Positions 55,248 through 64,000 of a DNA stretch of 64,000 bases are shown one piece after another. The stretch comes from Thermodesulfobacteriota bacterium. GTDB lineage: Bacteria; Desulfobacterota_D; UBA1144; Nemesobacterales; UBA2774. The stretch lies in NCBI GenBank assembly GCA_963422265.1, contig OY729416.1:896001-960000 (forward strand), in the 5' to 3' direction. The notes under the pieces were generated by a model, which searched no databases, had not been told where the DNA came from, and saw nothing but the letters and a program-made list of their open reading frames with translations. A program made the position numbers and the translations under genes. Numbering within the stretch: the stretch's first letter is position 1; every line of letters begins with the position of its first letter.

Positions 55248-57860
55248 TTACAGATTCCGCTGGTAAGCCAGATAGTAAAACCCACCATTAAATCCAAATG
55301 GAGCGGATCTTCTTGAATAGGTGAAGACGCCCTCGGAGTCAACTATTACGTTACCATCCGTATCTATGATCTTGCCGCCACGGGCTTGCCCTATCTCGTT
55401 TTTATCGGGTTTTACGTCAAACAGGTTGTTAGCCCCGACTTTCACTGTTCCGAGCCATCCTAGGTTGCAGCTTAGCTGAACGTCGGTAAGGAACTCAGCC
55501 TCATATTTCTGTTCTTGCCCGTCTAGAACTTTGTACTCACCATAACGATGAAGCGCCAGCCAGACTGCAAATCTATCAATTGCGTAATCCGCTGAAAGCC
55601 TAAAGTGGCTATCAGGTTGCCAATCCTCTAATATAGAGCGGTCTTGGTCTGTGTATAGAGACCCGGGAAGACCCGCCGGAAGGTTTACAGACGTTATTTT
55701 GGTGTCAGATATCGTGCCAGCGAATTCTAAGGATAGCGCCCCCCTGCTCACAAATGGAACGTTCCATGAAGAGACCACGTCAACACCCTTTGTTCTCGTA
55801 TCGGCTGCGTTCATAAAAAACTGCGCCCTTCCAACTCCCTCAGCATTAAGAGCCTTCTGCACCACTTCAGTTAGAATACCTTTGCCATTTCTCTCTAATT
55901 GGCCGCTTATGATAATTCTGTCATCCACGGTTACATGATAGAAATCAGTAGCTACGGAGAAGTTGGGTGAAGGCTTAAACACAAAACCACCGCTCCAGCT
56001 TATTGAGGTTTCCTCCTTCAGTTCGGGTATCCCTATAGCTTTTGCTATATTGCTATCGTTTCTGAATGTTCCTACCTCAAAAGCAACCTGCTCGCCATCT
56101 TGGTCATTAAATTGAGTGCTCACGTTGTTAAAGTAAAGCTGCTGCATGGAAGGCGCTCTGAACCCAGAGCTCACAGAACCTCTGAGGGTGAGCATCTCGG
56201 AAATATCTATCTTAGAGGAGATTTTGCCGTTCAGGCTGTTTCCAAAGTCGCTGTATCTCTCGTAGCGCAAGGCAGGGCTTATCAACCAACGGCTGTATGG
56301 CGTCCAGCTCGCCTCAGAATATACGGAGAAGGCATGTCTTGACTCGTCAACCTCATCCTCAGGTTTGAATCCGGGAAAAACCTGTATTCCCCCAGTCCCT
56401 CCGCCAGTGGTGATACCATCGTAATCCGCGTAGGAATAAGGCTCTCCAGCTTTGATTTTGTGGTTGTCTCTTTTGTATTCCCCTCCCCACGCCAGCTCGA
56501 TGGTTTCCCCGAGCGGCATTGAGAAGTTCAGATTAACAGTGGTGAGATATAGCTCAAGGTCTCCAGCGTCTGCGGAAGTCGGTGTTGCGCCGGTAAAGTC
56601 TGTTTGTGCGAACGGATCATTTTCTTTGCCAAAAGACTGGGGATTGAGCTTGCGATAGGACCAAGAGGCGTTGTGGGAATTTTTCACCTTAAAGTTAAAG
56701 ACGTTTCCTCCGTGCGTCACTCCGAGATCAGTGCTGAGCCCATTGTCAAAATCGTGAGTTATCCCCGCACCAATGGAGAAGTCCCAAACTTTGGTATCAA
56801 TCAATGGAAGGAATCCGTCTGGATAACCTGAACCCTCGGGGTTTCTGTCTAACTGATTTGCCCTTCTATAAAAACCGCCGCTCGTGTTTTCCCTTCTTGA
56901 AAAAGAGCCAAATGAGTATAGACCAGACCTGCTTCCTATAGGTTTGTCAAAATTAAACACGCCGCTTATCTGCTCTGAATCGGCATCGCCAATGCGGAAC
57001 GCGTTACGGTTGATATTTCTCTCTTTGTTTTCGGGATCTTTGAGAATGACAACGGCGTTTGGTGAATGTTGCCGTAGCAAAGCCTCCTTGTTTGTTAGCT
57101 GTCCACCGGGACACTCTCCAAGCTTGCATGTCTTAGTGTCAGGGTATTGTATATCACCCATTAGTCCTGCGCGGTTTGTGCGCTGTCTGTCGCGAAATTC
57201 TACCGCCACGTGAAGGGAACCATCATCTCCTATCTTGAAACCTTTATTTAGGTTCGTGATAAAATGAGCGCCGTCTCCTTCGTAGGTCTCACCGTAGGAG
57301 GTTGTGAAAGCACCACCTTCATAATCATCTTTTAAGATTATGTTTATGACTCCAGCTATCGCGTCCGAGCCATACAGAGCCGATGCCCCATCTCTCAACA
57401 CTTCTATACGCTTAACTGCGCTGATTGGTATAGCGTTGATGTCGTAGCCAGCCGTGCCTCGTCCTACAGAAGTGTTGACGTGTATAAGCGCGCTTCCATG
57501 TCGGCGCTTACCGTTTATTAACAGTAAGACTTGGTCTGGACCCATTCCCCTTAAAGTCGCGGGACGCACAGAATCCGTCCCGTCGCTTATGGTGGAGCTT
57601 GAAAAGTTGAATGACGGGATCAACGTTTGAATGACGCGTCCAAGCTCGTTGTGCCCCGTTTTGAGTATTTCCTCCTCATCTACAATATCCACGGGAGTCG
57701 GTGAATCAGCAACGTCCAGACCCTCTGCGGTTACTACCAAAGTTCCAAGCCTGAATATTGATTTGCTGAGGTCAGACGCTTTTTCTTCAGCCAAGATGGG
57801 TTGAGCAAGAACGCAGGACAGCAGGGCATAAAATGCAAATCGGAAATTTTTACAAAACAT
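55248..57860 (-). CDS. TonB-dependent receptor
   Basis: Signal peptide, TonB-box-like TLVVTA, plug motifs LRGMGPDQVLLLINGKR and RIEVLRDGASALYGSDAIAGVINI, GFRAPS, GANNLFD. Confidence 0.94.
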   Translation of the reverse strand: MFCKNFRFAFYALLSCVLAQPILAEEKASDLSKSIFRLGTLVVTAEGLDVADSPTPVDIVDEEEILKTGHNELGRVIQTLIPSFNFSSSTISDGTDSVRPATLRGMGPDQVLLLINGKRRHGSALIHVNTSVGRGTAGYDINAIPISAVKRIEVLRDGASALYGSDAIAGVINIILKDDYEGGAFTTSYGETYEGDGAHFITNLNKGFKIGDDGSLHVAVEFRDRQRTNRAGLMGDIQYPDTKTCKLGECPGGQLTNKEALLRQHSPNAVVILKDPENKERNINRNAFRIGDADSEQISGVFNFDKPIGSRSGLYSFGSFSRRENTSGGFYRRANQLDRNPEGSGYPDGFLPLIDTKVWDFSIGAGITHDFDNGLSTDLGVTHGGNVFNFKVKNSHNASWSYRKLNPQSFGKENDPFAQTDFTGATPTSADAGDLELYLTTVNLNFSMPLGETIELAWGGEYKRDNHKIKAGEPYSYADYDGITTGGGTGGIQVFPGFKPEDEVDESRHAFSVYSEASWTPYSRWLISPALRYERYSDFGNSLNGKISSKIDISEMLTLRGSVSSGFRAPSMQQLYFNNVSTQFNDQDGEQVAFEVGTFRNDSNIAKAIGIPELKEETSISWSGGFVFKPSPNFSVATDFYHVTVDDRIIISGQLERNGKGILTEVVQKALNAEGVGRAQFFMNAADTRTKGVDVVSSWNVPFVSRGALSLEFAGTISDTKITSVNLPAGLPGSLYTDQDRSILEDWQPDSHFRLSADYAIDRFAVWLALHRYGEYKVLDGQEQKYEAEFLTDVQLSCNLGWLGTVKVGANNLFDVKPDKNEIGQARGGKIIDTDGNVIVDSEGVFTYSRRSAPFGFNGGFYYLAYQRNL

Positions 57861-57946
57861 CTTTCCTCTCTCCTTTTGAACCATATTGAACTTAAATATG
57901 TTAAGATAGATTACTTAAACTACTATTGCAAGGGGGTTAATAAAGT

Positions 57947-60001
57947 ATGAAGTTGTCACATACCCATTTTGATCATACCTATTCAATAATCAGATTAACG
58001 GTGCTCATTTTAATCACCTTTGCGGTTTCGTTTTTGTTCATAGGCGAGGCGCACGCGGAGATAAAAGAATACGATCTGACGGTAGATTATAAAGAGGTGA
58101 ACTTGACGGGCAAACAAGAAATAGCAATGGCAATCAACGGCTCCATTCCAGGCCCGATTTTATATTTCAATGAAGGAGACACAGCAAGGATCAACGTCAC
58201 GAACAATATGGACATTAGGACTTCTATACACTGGCACGGGATTCTTGTGCCAAATAGAGAAGACGGCGTTCCTTACCTCACGACTCCACCTATAGAGCCG
58301 GGAGCTACTTATACATACGAATTTCTAATAAAACACTCTGGCACCTACTGGTATCACTCGCACACGGGTCTGCAGGAGCAGGTAGGGGTCTATGGTTCTA
58401 TAGTAATAAGCCCAAAAGAGAAAAGAGAAGACATCGAGGAGCCTTACGCCGATTACGCCCTAGTTCTATCCGACTGGACGGATGAAAGCCCGAACGAGGT
58501 GTTAAGAGACTTAAAACGCGGAAGCGAATATCAATCATTTAAGAAGAAAACTATGCAGACGCTCTATGGTGTTTTCAAAGCTAAGGCGGTAACTGAAAGC
58601 CTTAAACGCTCATTCCATCGTATGCCACCCATGGATATATCGGACGTAGCCTATGACCTATTCCTTATTAACGGCAAGCCCACTTCAACCCTGGATTTGC
58701 CAGCGGGAACAAAAGTGCGCCTTAGGGTAATAAACGCCGGAGCCTCCACGTATTTTTATCTGAACTACGCAGGCGGCAAAATGAAGGTAATTTCAGCAGA
58801 CGGCATGAACGTGAAACCTACGGAAATGAACCGCATTTTGATAGCCATCGGTGAGACTTACGACGTTTTGATTACCATTCCTGAAGGCGGCGCATATGAA
58901 TTCCGCGCAACCGCCCAGGACGGTTCGGGACACGCATCATTATTTATGGGCAAGGGAGACCGTGCATTCGCTGCGGACGTTCCTAGACCAAATCTATACA
59001 GAATGAAACACGAGCACTCAATGAAGCATCACAAGAATATGAAAACCTCTAACGACCATAGACCCCTACCACCATACGCGAAACTCAAGTCGCTAGAGCG
59101 AACCGAACTTGCCCCTGGAAATAAAACTAGGGAGATCACGCTTAACCTTACCGGAGACATGGAGCGATACGTCTGGACAATAAATAACAAAACGCTGAGC
59201 GAGGCAGACAAAATTCTAATCCGCAAGGGAGAGAACGTCAGGTTCATATTGGTGAATAAAACGATGATGCACCACCCTATGCACCTACACGGACACTTTT
59301 TTCGCGTGCTTAATGGACACGGAGACTACTCTCCCCTCAAACATACGGTTGACGTCCCACCACTGAGTAAAAAAACTATAATGGAGTTTGAAGCCAACGA
59401 AGAGAAAGACTGGTTCTTCCACTGCCACGTTCTTTATCATATGATGTCGGGGATGTCCCGAATCGTTAGCTACGAAGGGTCGGTTATAGACCCTGATATA
59501 AAAGAAATGAGGCCTAATCTTTACAAAGACCCAATTTATTATTGGGCGGACGTTACGGCGTTAAGCAACATGACAGAAGGCGGTATAAACATGTCTAATA
59601 CTCGAAACACTTTGAGTGCCGAATGGGAAGCTGGATTTCGGGAAGAAGAATATGAAGTAGAGTTGACCTATAACAGATATTTGGACCGCTTTATTACGGT
59701 ATTAGCGGGAGCTTCTCTTGCCGACGACCACAAAAGAGGAGTGCTGGGAATAAAATACCTGCTACCGTTTTTAATAGATGGCACAGCATGGATAGACACG
59801 GAGGCAGAGTTGAGGGTTACGTTAGAGAAAGAAATACATCTTACCGAACGCCTAAGCACCTTTGGCGAAACGCATTACGACACGGAAAGCAAATGGGAGT
59901 GGAAAGCAGGGGGAGCCATAATGATGGGTAAAAAGATATCTCTAGTTGGTCAATATCACTCCGAGTTTGGCGGGGGAGGGGGTATCTTAGTAAAATTCTG
60001 A
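57947..60001 (+). CDS. CopA/PcoA-type multicopper oxidase with C-terminal beta-rich extension
   Basis: HWHG, WYHSH, HPMHLHGH, HCHVLYHM copper ligands. Confidence 0.93.
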   Translation: MKLSHTHFDHTYSIIRLTVLILITFAVSFLFIGEAHAEIKEYDLTVDYKEVNLTGKQEIAMAINGSIPGPILYFNEGDTARINVTNNMDIRTSIHWHGILVPNREDGVPYLTTPPIEPGATYTYEFLIKHSGTYWYHSHTGLQEQVGVYGSIVISPKEKREDIEEPYADYALVLSDWTDESPNEVLRDLKRGSEYQSFKKKTMQTLYGVFKAKAVTESLKRSFHRMPPMDISDVAYDLFLINGKPTSTLDLPAGTKVRLRVINAGASTYFYLNYAGGKMKVISADGMNVKPTEMNRILIAIGETYDVLITIPEGGAYEFRATAQDGSGHASLFMGKGDRAFAADVPRPNLYRMKHEHSMKHHKNMKTSNDHRPLPPYAKLKSLERTELAPGNKTREITLNLTGDMERYVWTINNKTLSEADKILIRKGENVRFILVNKTMMHHPMHLHGHFFRVLNGHGDYSPLKHTVDVPPLSKKTIMEFEANEEKDWFFHCHVLYHMMSGMSRIVSYEGSVIDPDIKEMRPNLYKDPIYYWADVTALSNMTEGGINMSNTRNTLSAEWEAGFREEEYEVELTYNRYLDRFITVLAGASLADDHKRGVLGIKYLLPFLIDGTAWIDTEAELRVTLEKEIHLTERLSTFGETHYDTESKWEWKAGGAIMMGKKISLVGQYHSEFGGGGGILVKF

Positions 60002-60086
60002 AGATTCTAACTATGAACGTTGATTAAACTGGGTTAATATATTTTCAAAACCTAAACCTTTAAGCGAGAACTTCGGAGGCTTAACA

Positions 60087-60653
60087 TTGAAATTCATTAA
60101 GACTTTCATATTTACGCTCATCCTTATTGTAGTGGGTATAGCCGCATATATATATTCGGGTAATTACGACGTCGCCGCGACTAGACCTGATTCTATAGTG
60201 GTAAAGTGGACCCTTGACTTTGCCAAGCATCGTTCGATAAAAAAACACTCATACGGGATTGAGAGACCGAGGCTCAATGACGGTGAGCTTGTAGAAATCG
60301 GATTTCACCATTACGAGAATATGTGCATAGGGTGCCATGGTTCCCCCAACGCAGAGCCTGCAAAAGGGTTTAATCCAAGCCCTCCCAGACTTGCAAAAGA
60401 GGCTGAGGAACTAAGCTCTTCAGAGCTTTTCTGGATAACCAAGAATGGAATAAAAATGACCGGGATGCCAGCTTTCGGGATTGATCACAGCGACGAAGAC
60501 ATCTGGGCAATCGTAGCGTTCCTCAAACGCCTGTCCGATTTAAGTCCTGAAGAATATCAGCTTATGAAAAATAGCAACATGCTATCGGGTATGGAGGGAA
60601 AGTCTGACGTGGATGATTTTGAGCATGATGAGCATGAGCATTATGGGCATTGA
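60087..60653 (+). CDS. Membrane-anchored monoheme cytochrome c with His/acidic tail (TTG start)
   Basis: CIGCH, NGIKMTGMPAF, DIWAIVAF, tail EHDEHEHYGH. Confidence 0.88.
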   Translation: MKFIKTFIFTLILIVVGIAAYIYSGNYDVAATRPDSIVVKWTLDFAKHRSIKKHSYGIERPRLNDGELVEIGFHHYENMCIGCHGSPNAEPAKGFNPSPPRLAKEAEELSSSELFWITKNGIKMTGMPAFGIDHSDEDIWAIVAFLKRLSDLSPEEYQLMKNSNMLSGMEGKSDVDDFEHDEHEHYGH

Positions 60654-61150
60654 TTGTCCGGAGAAAAGCTTGGTTAGTAATAAGCGGTCACAGTATCCCT
60701 TATCACTAAACACTTGATAAGGCGTTTTAATTACTTGCGTATATACAGAAAGTCTGCCGAAGATGCTTTTAATCTCCTCTTAAACTCCAATTAGTCCTCA
60801 ATTAGTGACGTCATATTTACCACCCAAGAGCGCTTAAATTATTATGAGGACCTGCCTCATAGAGACGTGGTTACCACGTTAAAGAAAAGAGATAAAAAGG
60901 ATAGAAAATGAATAGAAAAGTTAAAGAAAAGTGCCGAGAAAGTAACAGAAAAAGATGGAAAATGAAAGAGAATAGCTAGTTCTAACAGCTTTTAATACCA
61001 GTAATCCACTCCGCCTAAACTCCCCCAGATTGTCATGATAAACTTGTTTAAGACTATCCCCTCCCGTCATTACCAACTTACCCATCATTCCCAGCTCGAC
61101 TAGGAATCCAGATAGAGCATCGGGGGACACGAGAGTTCATTCCCTACACA

Positions 61151-61189
61151 ATCCCCCCTTTTGTAAAGGGGGGATATAGCGGGGGATTT
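61151..61189 (-). repeat. Palindromic REP-like element, copy 2 (inverted relative to copy 1)
   Basis: Minus strand AAATCCCCCGCTATATCCCCCCTTTACAAAAGGGGGGAT. Confidence 0.75.
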
Positions 61190-61259
61190 AATCTTTATTC
61201 TTTTAATCATAGCACATCACTCAATCCTAAAAATTACAGTTCAGACTTTCTTCTCCCCC

Positions 61260-64000
61260 CTACAATAACAGCTTCCACCATAATAGTATTCCGTGATCCA
61301 CAACTCCACTAGAAACCTCTCGACGCTCCCCCTCCAAACTTATATCCATCCACTCTCCTACACCTACCTTGCCACCCAACCTATACTCGCGCTCCCCCTC
61401 CCCCATAATAGATATGCCACTGTATGGCGTTACAAGCCACCCACTACCTCGCGTCTCCATACCATATCCAACATCAAACTTCACACGCCCAGAAGATAAA
61501 CCCCGCTTCCCTACTCCTAACCCACTCTCTACCTCACCTCGCCACATTCGCTCTACTCCACTCGCTACCTCTCCCCACTCAGGCTCAAACATCAACCACA
61601 ATCCACGTCCCCGAACCCCATCACCCATCCGCAATGAAAAACTACCTCCCCAATCCTCAAACTCAGACTCCTCATGAAACAACAAATACCTCCCTCGAAC
61701 CTCCACGCTCAAACCCAAACCTCTATGAACATACTCTATACCTCCGCCTACCTCCATACCTACTCCACTATCCGCATCTCCGCCGTCCCATCGCCCCCCT
61801 ATCTCCACACTTGGTAGCAACAAAGAATCTCCTGTCACATACACGTCACGGCTCATCTCTAAACCTAATCGCAAACGACGCGCTACTCCACTAACACCAG
61901 AAAGACCTTCCACCCCCTCTGTCTTTAACTGCACTGCAAAACCATCACTCTTTAACCCAAAATCTATATCTCCCCATCTAGCCAACTCCTGCCGCACTCC
62001 CAACGCTACCATCAGCATATTTACGTCCGCCTCCACTTCTCCTGCTGCATCTTTCAACTCTACCTCACCTATTCCACCCCCTACCAAACCCCATATACTA
62101 AGACCAGGACGTATAGTGTAGTGCGCATATGGAAGAACGCTTGTCAACTCCAAATCTACCTCCCCTCGGATACTACCTGTCTCTCCACTCATAAGATAAA
62201 AGCTACCATCCACCTCATACTCCACCTCTCCAACACTACGAGATATCGCTACGCCCGCCAAACCCCTATTACCAAACCTATAGTCCAATCCCATGTAGCC
62301 CGTATACAACTCACCCTCTGTATCTATATCTCCATCCAAATTACTACCAGAAAATCCACTACCCGCACCACTGCCCCATAACGTCCACCCTCGCATCACT
62401 CCCCCCATATCATCACCACTACTACTCAAAGGAATAGAAAATTCGCTCTGCGCAAACAAATCCCTCCCAGAAACACGCCGTAACTCAACAGGCTCTAGAT
62501 CTAAACCCTCCAACAATTCAATATCTGAACCACCACTCAGACCCAACACCCCATCCACAGCTCCTGCCACAGAACGAGTGTCAAACGATGTCATAGAAAC
62601 ACCACCCAATGTCAATTTAGGACTACCTGCCAGAGAAGAAGAAGAAACAAAACGTTCACCTATTACGTCCACCGCTCCGGTTGCAGCTGCCCGTCCAAAA
62701 GAAGCTAACACTACAGAAAGAACACGCGCTCGCTCCTTTTCCTCGGCTGCACGAACCGTTATGCTAAATGACAACTCACTTGTATCGCCATCTACGTCCT
62801 CAGCCTTGTAGGTGAACTTCGTCTTAGCTAACGCCTCAGTCGGCTTGCCAGTGATAGCGCGAGGAGAATCATCATTAAACTTAAGATCCAATGGTAGAGA
62901 CGGTCTCAGACTGTAGGTAATAACACCGTCACCACCAGTAGCCTCAGGTAGAACAACATCAACAACTTCCACACCAACCGTCCAGACATAGTCCCCAATG
63001 GATTCTGAACCGAAAGTCGGCTTTGGCGAACCCAATACAAAAGTAGAAAAACTACTCGTTTTACCGCATACATAACCGCTGGGCACCGATGCAGGCGACG
63101 GCAGCTTCCTCCACCCCGCACCTTCTACATCGGCAAGATGATATACCGATAGATTACCTGACAGCTCTTCGGGCTCCTCCAGACAGACGATGGCACTTGA
63201 TGATGACGAGAGCTCCACGTCCAGATCTATATCCACGTAAGACGGTTTACCCCCAAAGCTCACGCCCGACGGCTCAGTAACAGTGGGCGCCGCCGGTGAA
63301 AACTCAATCTCCGTCACGCCGTGTCCAGATGGCAGCGTCAGCTTCACAGCCGTCTCGTCAACCGTTGCCGTGATGATGCTGCGACCACCGTCCTCTACTA
63401 CATCAATAATCGTGCCAGAGTCAGCACCGCTGATGTTAATCACCTTCGCAGTGGCAGTCGAGGTAAGAGATTCCGATGCCCCACCAGCGTCCGTCCAACT
63501 CACTACTACTGTGATCACAGAACCTACGTCCGCCTGTGTCAGAACGTAGGTGCTAGTAGTGGCGCCGCTGATGTCAGTCCCGCCTCGCTTCCATTGATAG
63601 CTGAACGTCAGATTACTCGGACCGTCTGGGTCAACAATCGTGCCGGTATCCGCGGTCAGTGTCTGGCCCTGGGTCGCCGTCCCCGTAATGGTTACCGCAC
63701 CAGTCGGCGAGTCGTTTACGTTCGCTACACTTGCTGTAGCAGCAGAGGTCAGAGATTCCACTGTACTACCGCTGTCCGTCCAACTCACTACTACTGTGAT
63801 CACAGAACCGACGTCCGCCTGTGTCATAATGTAGGTGCTACTGGTCGCCCCGTTGATATCAGTCCCGCCTCGCTTCCATTGATAGCTGAACGTCAGACTG
63901 CTCGGACCGTCTGGATCAACGATCGTGCCGGTATCCGCTGTAAGCGTCTGCCCCTGGGTTGCCGTCCCCGTAATGGTTACCGCACCAGTCGGCAAGTCGT
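61260..64000 (-). CDS. Autotransporter/adhesin, 5' end outside the window: tandem Ig-like repeats, putative Ig domain, C-terminal beta-barrel
   Basis: Frame open to the window edge; 95-aa repeats; LPEATGGDG..YSL..LP..L.F Ig-type module; barrel with WTLWG, GYMGLDY, RWDGGDA, VTPY. Confidence 0.85.
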   Translation of the reverse strand, partial: DLPTGAVTITGTATQGQTLTADTGTIVDPDGPSSLTFSYQWKRGGTDINGATSSTYIMTQADVGSVITVVVSWTDSGSTVESLTSAATASVANVNDSPTGAVTITGTATQGQTLTADTGTIVDPDGPSNLTFSYQWKRGGTDISGATTSTYVLTQADVGSVITVVVSWTDAGGASESLTSTATAKVINISGADSGTIIDVVEDGGRSIITATVDETAVKLTLPSGHGVTEIEFSPAAPTVTEPSGVSFGGKPSYVDIDLDVELSSSSSAIVCLEEPEELSGNLSVYHLADVEGAGWRKLPSPASVPSGYVCGKTSSFSTFVLGSPKPTFGSESIGDYVWTVGVEVVDVVLPEATGGDGVITYSLRPSLPLDLKFNDDSPRAITGKPTEALAKTKFTYKAEDVDGDTSELSFSITVRAAEEKERARVLSVVLASFGRAAATGAVDVIGERFVSSSSLAGSPKLTLGGVSMTSFDTRSVAGAVDGVLGLSGGSDIELLEGLDLEPVELRRVSGRDLFAQSEFSIPLSSSGDDMGGVMRGWTLWGSGAGSGFSGSNLDGDIDTEGELYTGYMGLDYRFGNRGLAGVAISRSVGEVEYEVDGSFYLMSGETGSIRGEVDLELTSVLPYAHYTIRPGLSIWGLVGGGIGEVELKDAAGEVEADVNMLMVALGVRQELARWGDIDFGLKSDGFAVQLKTEGVEGLSGVSGVARRLRLGLEMSRDVYVTGDSLLLPSVEIGGRWDGGDADSGVGMEVGGGIEYVHRGLGLSVEVRGRYLLFHEESEFEDWGGSFSLRMGDGVRGRGLWLMFEPEWGEVASGVERMWRGEVESGLGVGKRGLSSGRVKFDVGYGMETRGSGWLVTPYSGISIMGEGEREYRLGGKVGVGEWMDISLEGERREVSSGVVDHGILLWWKLLL
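63440..64000 (-). repeat. 285-bp tandem coding repeat (at least 2 copies)
   Basis: GTTACCGCACCAGTCGGC at 63691 and 63976; peptide PTGAVTITGTATQGQTLTADTGTIVDPDG occurs twice. Confidence 0.92.

Noticed and set aside
57861-57946. Riboswitch or Fur box upstream of the TonB receptor
   Set aside because: Spacer too short for a cobalamin riboswitch and no convincing Fur palindrome
61293-62811. Plus-strand ORFs antisense to the autotransporter
   Set aside because: Same compositional artefact
63993-63995. TTG start of the autotransporter
   Set aside because: Internal Leu within a repeat; frame is open to the window edge
51373-64000. Diversity-generating retroelement, prophage or CRISPR as explanation of the accessory region
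   Set aside because: No reverse transcriptase, TR/VR pair, integrase, phage structural genes or repeat-spacer array seen

Overview
Bacterial chromosomal window. Lineage is inferred only from protein style: Desulfobacterota/Dadabacteria-like, with surface-protein families I associate with host-associated marine bacteria. About 0.2-4 kb is a remnant glycan/EPS cluster. About 4-51 kb is core housekeeping, mostly on the minus strand: tRNA-Asn, rpoH, alaS, purL-purF, valS, the tRNA(Thr-Tyr-Gly-Thr)-tuf-rpmG-tRNA(Trp)-secE-nusG-rplKAJL-rpoBC cluster, lysS-lolC/E-lolD-bamA-skp-fabZ, pyrRBC, lepB, gmk-spoT, manC, an ArsS-like radical SAM/TIGR04282-like pair, ccdA, a PPTase and malic enzyme. About 51.4-64 kb is accessory: a TM2 protein, a GLUG/Ig-like surface protein interrupted by a 23-nt homopolymer frameshift and an in-frame stop, an aldo-keto reductase, a TonB-dependent receptor, a multicopper oxidase plus cytochrome c, and the 3' part of a repeat-rich autotransporter. 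The most unusual signal is compositional. tuf, the autotransporter beta-domain and bases 1-158 carry a sharply bounded strand-asymmetric signature (minus strand very C-poor and G/T-rich; in tuf every Lys is AAG and almost every Glu is GAG). The 5' end of the phase-variable surface gene shows the mirror image. These are sequence classes that are often multi-copy, which suggests a repeat- or recombination-linked mutational process acting alongside poly-C phase variation of surface proteins. No CRISPR array, rRNA, transposase, integrase or reverse transcriptase was seen.
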